Assembly (NCBI GenBank): GCA_964401865.1
Contig: CAYNZZ010000001.1
Location: forward strand, 60,001 to 92,000
From: an uncultured Erysipelotrichaceae bacterium
Lineage (GTDB): Bacteria > Bacillota_I > Bacilli_A > Erysipelotrichales > Erysipelotrichaceae
DNA: 32,000 nucleotides
Reading direction: 5' to 3'
Part shown: one piece after another, positions 27,913 through 32,000 of the stretch
Layout: the number at the start of each line of letters is the position of its first letter
Numbering within the stretch: position 1 is the stretch's first letter
Notes under the pieces: model-generated
Databases searched by the model: none
What the model was told of the DNA's origin: nothing
Seen by the model: only the letters and a program-made list of their open reading frames with translations
Translations under genes and position numbers: made by a program

Positions 27913-29059
27913 GTATGATGTGATAATAGTTGGTGCGGGTTTTGCTGGAGCGGTATTGGCCGAACGTCTTGCGCATAGGGATAAACAAGTTTTAGTAATT
28001 GATTCAAGAGAACAAATTGGTGGTAATGCTTATGACTATATGCAAGATGGCATTCTGATTCATAAGTATGGACCACACATTTTTCATACCAACTACAAAG
28101 AAGTATTTGACTATTTGAGTAATTTTACAAAATGGTACAAATATGAACATAAGGTTGTTGGACATATCAAAGATAAAGTTGTTCCTATTCCGTTTAATTT
28201 AGAGTCCATAGAAGAATGTTTTGATCAAGACAAATCAGTTAAATTAAAAGCGATACTAAAACAGACATATGGTGATGGCAAAAAAGTTCCGATTATGGAA
28301 CTTCTTAAAAACGAAGATGAAGATATTAAAGAATTAGCTGACTTTATTTTCGAGAATGTATTTAAGTATTACACAATGAAACAATGGGGTCTTGAAGCTG
28401 ATGAACTAGATAGCGCCGTTACGGCCAGAGTACCGGTGAATGTATCTTATGATGACAGATATTTTAATGATGAATATCAATATATGCCAAAAGAAGGCTA
28501 TACAAAGATATTTGAAAAATTGTTAGAAAATGAAAATATTGAGCTAAGGCTCAATACATATAGTAAAGACTTAATATCTTTAAAAAATGGCAAGATTTTC
28601 TTTGATGGCGAATTATTTGAAGGGAAACTGATATATACAGGAGCTATTGATGAGTTATTTGACTATTCTTTAGGAGAGCTTCCATATCGTTCTTTAGATT
28701 TGAAGTTAGAAAGAAAAGAGGGGACATATCAAAAGAAAGCAACAGAAAACTATCCTTGTCCAAAAGAAGAAAGAGCATACACAAGAATAACTGAATATAA
28801 GCATTTTATGGAAAATGAAATAGAAGATCTCACATATATTCATATTGAATATCCTATGGCTTATGATAGAAATGCTCAAATAGGTAATATTCCATACTAT
28901 CCGGTATTTACTGAAGAAAATGATAGAAGATATAAATCCTATGTTAAATTAGCAAACAATTATGAGAATTTAATTCTTATTGGCAGACTTGCGGAATATC
29001 GATATTACAATATGGATGCGATAGTAAAGAAAGCGTTAGAAGTTGCTTCAACATTATAA
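27905..29059 (+). CDS. glf: UDP-galactopyranose mutase
   Basis: Motifs YDVIIVGAGFAGAVLA (FAD), IGGNAYD, HKYGPHIFHTN, MKQWG, RYFNDEYQYMPKEGYTK, YTGAIDELFDY..GELPYRSL, YTRITEYKHF, PYYPV and GRLAEYRYYNMD. Colinear with E. coli Glf. 8-nt overlap with the upstream gene. Confidence 0.92.
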   Translation: MIKYDVIIVGAGFAGAVLAERLAHRDKQVLVIDSREQIGGNAYDYMQDGILIHKYGPHIFHTNYKEVFDYLSNFTKWYKYEHKVVGHIKDKVVPIPFNLESIEECFDQDKSVKLKAILKQTYGDGKKVPIMELLKNEDEDIKELADFIFENVFKYYTMKQWGLEADELDSAVTARVPVNVSYDDRYFNDEYQYMPKEGYTKIFEKLLENENIELRLNTYSKDLISLKNGKIFFDGELFEGKLIYTGAIDELFDYSLGELPYRSLDLKLERKEGTYQKKATENYPCPKEERAYTRITEYKHFMENEIEDLTYIHIEYPMAYDRNAQIGNIPYYPVFTEENDRRYKSYVKLANNYENLILIGRLAEYRYYNMDAIVKKALEVASTL

Positions 29060-29075
29060 AAAAGCGTTATAATAG

Positions 29076-29107
29076 TCTGTGTTTAATCATAAAAGGGGGA
29101 ACACAGA
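29076..29107 (+). other. Perfect 8-bp inverted repeat enclosing the SD of the following gene
   Basis: TCTGTGTT (29076-29083) pairs with AACACAGA (29100-29107). The 16-nt loop contains AAAAGGGGG. The last stem base is the A of ATG 29107. No T-tract follows. A TATAAT hexamer lies at 29068-29073. Confidence 0.3.
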
Positions 29108-29451
29108 TGGAATTATTGATATATATTATGCGTAAAGTTGAGTACTTAGATGAATTACTAGATCGTTTTTCAAATGAAGAAGATTTTCGTGCAACGATTG
29201 TAGATTCACAAGGAATGGCTAGATTGTTAGCTGATAGAGATAATGATGCATTGTTGAATTTGCGTTATTTATTAAATGACTCAAAAGTTAATAACAAGAT
29301 GATTTTCATGGCTCTTGAACACAATCGTGTTAGTAAAGCGGTTGAAATTATCGAAAGCATTGTTGGAGATTTAGATCGTCCTGACAATGGTATTGTTTTC
29401 ACTTTGCCCATCTCATTTATTAAAGGCAATAAAGTAAAGGAAGAAATATAA
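29107..29451 (+). CDS. Small cytoplasmic protein, PII-like (ferredoxin-fold) candidate regulator
   Basis: 114 aa with SD AAGGGGG. The hydrophobic/helical pattern fits beta-alpha-beta-(long loop)-beta-alpha-beta: LLIYIM / VEYLDELLDRF / RATIVDSQGM / loop / KMIFMALEH / VSKAVEIIESIV / GIVFTLPI. The stop overlaps the antiporter ATG by 1 nt (TAATG). The fold assignment is an inference. Confidence 0.4.
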   Translation: MELLIYIMRKVEYLDELLDRFSNEEDFRATIVDSQGMARLLADRDNDALLNLRYLLNDSKVNNKMIFMALEHNRVSKAVEIIESIVGDLDRPDNGIVFTLPISFIKGNKVKEEI

Positions 29452-30620
29452 TGCAAGCATTATTAAATATTGCCTTATGTCTAATTGCTGGTCTAGTTTT
29501 TGGTAAATTGGCTAAGTTTATTCATCTTCCAAATGTAACCGGATATTTAATTGGTGGTCTAATCGTTGGCCCATCAATTTTGAATATCATCAACGAAGAC
29601 ATTATCGTCAGTCTAGACTTTATTTCTAGTGTGGCATTGGGATTTATTGCCTTTTCAATAGGCAGTGAATTTAAGGCTTCTTACTTTAAAAGAGTAGGTG
29701 TAATTCCTATTGTTATCGCGATATTTGAAGCTTTGACAGCTGTTTTCTTGGTAATAATCGTATTAATTATTGCTGGATTTGATATTCCGTTTTCGATTGT
29801 ACTGGGAGCAATAGCTGCCGCTACAGCGCCGGCTGCTACAATTATGGTAATCCGCCAATATAAAGCTAAAGGCCCATTGACCGAAACACTATTGAGTGTT
29901 GTTGCGCTTGATGATGCAGTTGCACTAATTGCTTTTGGTATTGCGGTCGCAATTGCAACTATGTTAAATCATCCAGGTGAAGGTTCGATGATTGGCCAAC
30001 TAGTTGAACCGTTAATTGAAATCGGTGGATCATTAGTTGTTGGTGCAATACTTGGCTTTATTTTTACTATTTCGTTAAAGATTCATAAACTAAGAGATAA
30101 TAGGCAAATTCTCATTTATGTTTATATATTTATCGCTTTATACATATCTTCGATATTTGGTTTGAGCGATTTATTGACATGCATGGCTATGGGAGCAGTA
30201 TTGTGCAATATCTATAATAACTCTGATAAGATTATGGAAATTGCTGATACAGTAACTCCTCCTATCTTTATGTTATTCTTTGTGCTTTCGGGGGCGGATC
30301 TGAAACTAAGTATTTTGCCTTCGATAGGACTAGTGGGTGTTATTTATATTGTTGTTAGATCAATTGGTAAAATTATTGGCGCAACAGTTGGTGCAAAAAT
30401 ATCAAAAGCTGAAGATTGCGTTCAAAAATACTTAGGATTCGCTCTGCTTCCTCAAGCTGGTGTGGCCATTGGTTTAACAGTAGTAGCTAAAACGGTTGTG
30501 CCTGAATATGCCGAAACCATTAGAGCTGTCGTATTGTGTGGAACATTGATTTATGAATTAATTGGTCCAAGTATTGCAAAATGGTCGCTTAAACAAGCGG
30601 GCGAAATCAAAGAAGCTTAA
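29451..30620 (+). CDS. Cation:proton antiporter (CPA2 / Na+/H+ exchanger family), no KTN domain
   Basis: 389 aa with about 11-12 TM segments. The N-terminus LCLIAGLVFGKLAKFIHLPNVTGYLIGGLIVGPSILN is typical of Kef/NapA-type CPA2 transporters. Gly/Ala-rich helices run throughout. Confidence 0.85.
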   Translation: MQALLNIALCLIAGLVFGKLAKFIHLPNVTGYLIGGLIVGPSILNIINEDIIVSLDFISSVALGFIAFSIGSEFKASYFKRVGVIPIVIAIFEALTAVFLVIIVLIIAGFDIPFSIVLGAIAAATAPAATIMVIRQYKAKGPLTETLLSVVALDDAVALIAFGIAVAIATMLNHPGEGSMIGQLVEPLIEIGGSLVVGAILGFIFTISLKIHKLRDNRQILIYVYIFIALYISSIFGLSDLLTCMAMGAVLCNIYNNSDKIMEIADTVTPPIFMLFFVLSGADLKLSILPSIGLVGVIYIVVRSIGKIIGATVGAKISKAEDCVQKYLGFALLPQAGVAIGLTVVAKTVVPEYAETIRAVVLCGTLIYELIGPSIAKWSLKQAGEIKEA

Positions 30621-30621
30621 A

Positions 30622-32000
30622 TTAATCCAAAATATATTTAAAGAAATCTTCGTGATCTGGATAGAAAGAAATCATTTGGTCGTAGAAGTATTGTTTCATC
30701 TCTGGCGTAATGTCAGAGATTTTTTCATATACTCGGACGTTTATGTCATCTATTTTTGTTTCATGAATTAAATTGTATGTGTTTTTAAACAGTGGTTCAT
30801 TCCATATAGCGTTAGACAAGACTTCGAAAATGTGTTGGTATTCCTGATCGGAATATAAAATGGGATCGAAAGTCACGATGTATTGAATGTATTCAATATC
30901 TTTAGGGAAACCATCTCTTAAATCCAAGGTAGCAAAATCAATTTGTGGCATATCTAAATCTGGTAAAATTGCATTTCTGATTAGGCTGTCATTAATGATT
31001 GAGTTTCCAGATGCAATGTAGGCAGACTGCCAATCTTCTATTAAAATTGATTTTAAATAATAAGAAAAATCAACAACATCTTGTTTGTATTCTAAGACCT
31101 GTGGTCTTTTTCTAACATTAGTAAAAATAGGCATAGTATTCGAAGGGAATGCAAACACAAAACAAGATTGTATGAATAATAGTGCTAATAGAGATAGTTT
31201 AAAAAACTTATCACTTATATTTAAAATGTTCCAAAGACCATATCCAAACAAAATAACGATAGGAAGAGTAGTAATGAAATAATGGTGATATTCAAATGAT
31301 TGAATATTCCAAAATAATATTGTTGGTATAGAAATTAGCAAAGCGATCGTTATTGCTTCTAGACTTTTTTTGTTAATAAATAATTTAATTAGCGCGTATA
31401 TTGAAATGATTAATATTAATGGTGAATAAAAGTTTATTAATGATATTAATTTTCCATCACGATCATAAAAAGCGTAAGCCTCTGCTAAATTACCATGTAT
31501 TACACGATCAAAGAATGGGTAAAAGAATATCAAAATTGCCAATAACATGATCAAACCAGAGGAAACGATCTTTAAGAAATCAATCAAAGCATTTTTACCA
31601 ATAGGTTTAAAGCAATAATAGTGTAAGTATTTAATAAATAGACATAAATAAATTGCAACAATAGGATATAAATACCATCTTCTTAAAAAGATTGCACAAA
31701 AAGCATATACATTAACGAGTAAAAAATCGCTTATTTTAATGTCGCCAAATTTTGGAATAAAAATAATCATATAAATCATTAATATGAAAAATAATCCAAT
31801 ACAATCAACTTCCCCATAGAATATAGTTAGATATAACGGATAAAAAATTATAAACGATACTAAAGGCAAATAAGGATATTTGTCAGTATAGGTAAAATAT
31901 ATTATTTGTAAAAGAATGATTGTTGGGATTAAAAAATAGTTAAAAATCATTAAGCAAAAATATCCATAACTATTATTAAAAAAAGATAATCCTAAGCCAA
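30622..32000 (-). CDS. Polytopic membrane protein of unknown function with soluble C-terminal domain; 5' end probably outside the window
   Basis: 442 aa from ATG 31950. The minus-strand frame has no stop between 31951 and 32000 (upstream residues read ...GLGLSFFNNSYGYFCL), so the gene may start beyond the window. More than 9 TM segments, then a hydrophilic domain of about 170 aa. The stop lies 1 nt from the antiporter stop. Confidence 0.6.
   Translation of the reverse strand, partial: GLGLSFFNNSYGYFCLMIFNYFLIPTIILLQIIYFTYTDKYPYLPLVSFIIFYPLYLTIFYGEVDCIGLFFILMIYMIIFIPKFGDIKISDFLLVNVYAFCAIFLRRWYLYPIVAIYLCLFIKYLHYYCFKPIGKNALIDFLKIVSSGLIMLLAILIFFYPFFDRVIHGNLAEAYAFYDRDGKLISLINFYSPLILIISIYALIKLFINKKSLEAITIALLISIPTILFWNIQSFEYHHYFITTLPIVILFGYGLWNILNISDKFFKLSLLALLFIQSCFVFAFPSNTMPIFTNVRKRPQVLEYKQDVVDFSYYLKSILIEDWQSAYIASGNSIINDSLIRNAILPDLDMPQIDFATLDLRDGFPKDIEYIQYIVTFDPILYSDQEYQHIFEVLSNAIWNEPLFKNTYNLIHETKIDDINVRVYEKISDITPEMKQYFYDQMISFYPDHEDFFKYILD

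Noticed and set aside
29076-29107. Inverted repeat after glf as a rho-independent terminator
   Set aside because: No T-tract follows the stem. The 16-nt loop contains the SD of the next gene, and the stem ends on its ATG. It is more likely a 5'-UTR structure or chance, so it is kept only as a low-confidence feature.
874-31282. All other short (60-91 aa) ORFs in the track that overlap the long CDS, on the opposite strand or in alternative same-strand frames (e.g. 874-1056, 1130-1375, 1935-2141, 4686-4868, 4906-5130, 5614-5874, 6238-6450, 6948-7190, 7791-8066, 13736-13990, 17230-17490, 19297-19563, 29265-29456, 30562-30771, 31085-31282)
   Set aside because: Each lies wholly inside, or overlaps, a much longer ORF with recognisable homology or membrane-protein character. 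Such ORFs arise by chance in AT-rich sequence, and none has an independent SD or a recognisable motif.
1-32000. Mobile elements, CRISPR arrays, tRNA/rRNA genes, toxin-antitoxin or defence systems
   Set aside because: I saw no transposase, integrase or recombinase-like ORFs, no terminal inverted repeats, and no regularly spaced short repeats. No non-coding gap is longer than about 90 nt, so there is no room for structured RNA genes. The only sizeable repeat is the intragenic GT2 duplication.

Overview
Low-GC sequence, roughly 20-38% by eye and not computed. It looks Bacillota-like: TAA, TAG and TGA all act as stops, and many genes have AGGAG-type Shine-Dalgarno sites. Positions 1-29059 form one almost gap-free, all-plus-strand cell-surface glycan biosynthesis locus that clearly continues past the left edge. 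I can support the following in it. (1) Seven CDS carrying eight GT2 (GT-A) domains, plus one GT4. (2) Nucleotide-sugar genes: rmlA, rmlB, a WecE-like dTDP-4-keto-6-deoxyhexose 4-aminotransferase, ugd, a UDP-glucuronate 4-epimerase-like SDR, and glf. (3) An LtaS-family phosphotransferase. (4) A GtrB/CsbB-like polyprenyl-phosphate glycosyltransferase. (5) A Wzy/O-antigen-ligase-like membrane protein. (6) Four further large polytopic membrane proteins of unknown function, two of them paralogues flanking rmlAB. (7) A lipoprotein with LamG-like and GH43-like domains. The only clear transcriptional punctuation inside the locus is a terminator plus an extended -10 promoter at 15.86-15.94 kb. The right flank holds a small PII-like ORF translationally coupled to a CPA2 cation:proton antiporter. 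After that comes a convergent membrane-protein gene whose reading frame stays open to the window edge. I saw no rRNA, tRNA, CRISPR array or mobile element. Most notable observations: a fused two-module GT2 gene whose modules share a perfect 227-bp block while the rest is strongly diverged; a GT2 fused to a beta-propeller-like domain; a sugar-precursor set (4-amino-4,6-dideoxyhexose with no N-acyltransferase, plus uronic acid) that could give a zwitterionic polymer; and many polytopic GT-C-like proteins with no recognisable initiating transferase, flippase or exporter. All functional calls rest on motif recognition by eye. No database search or computation was run.
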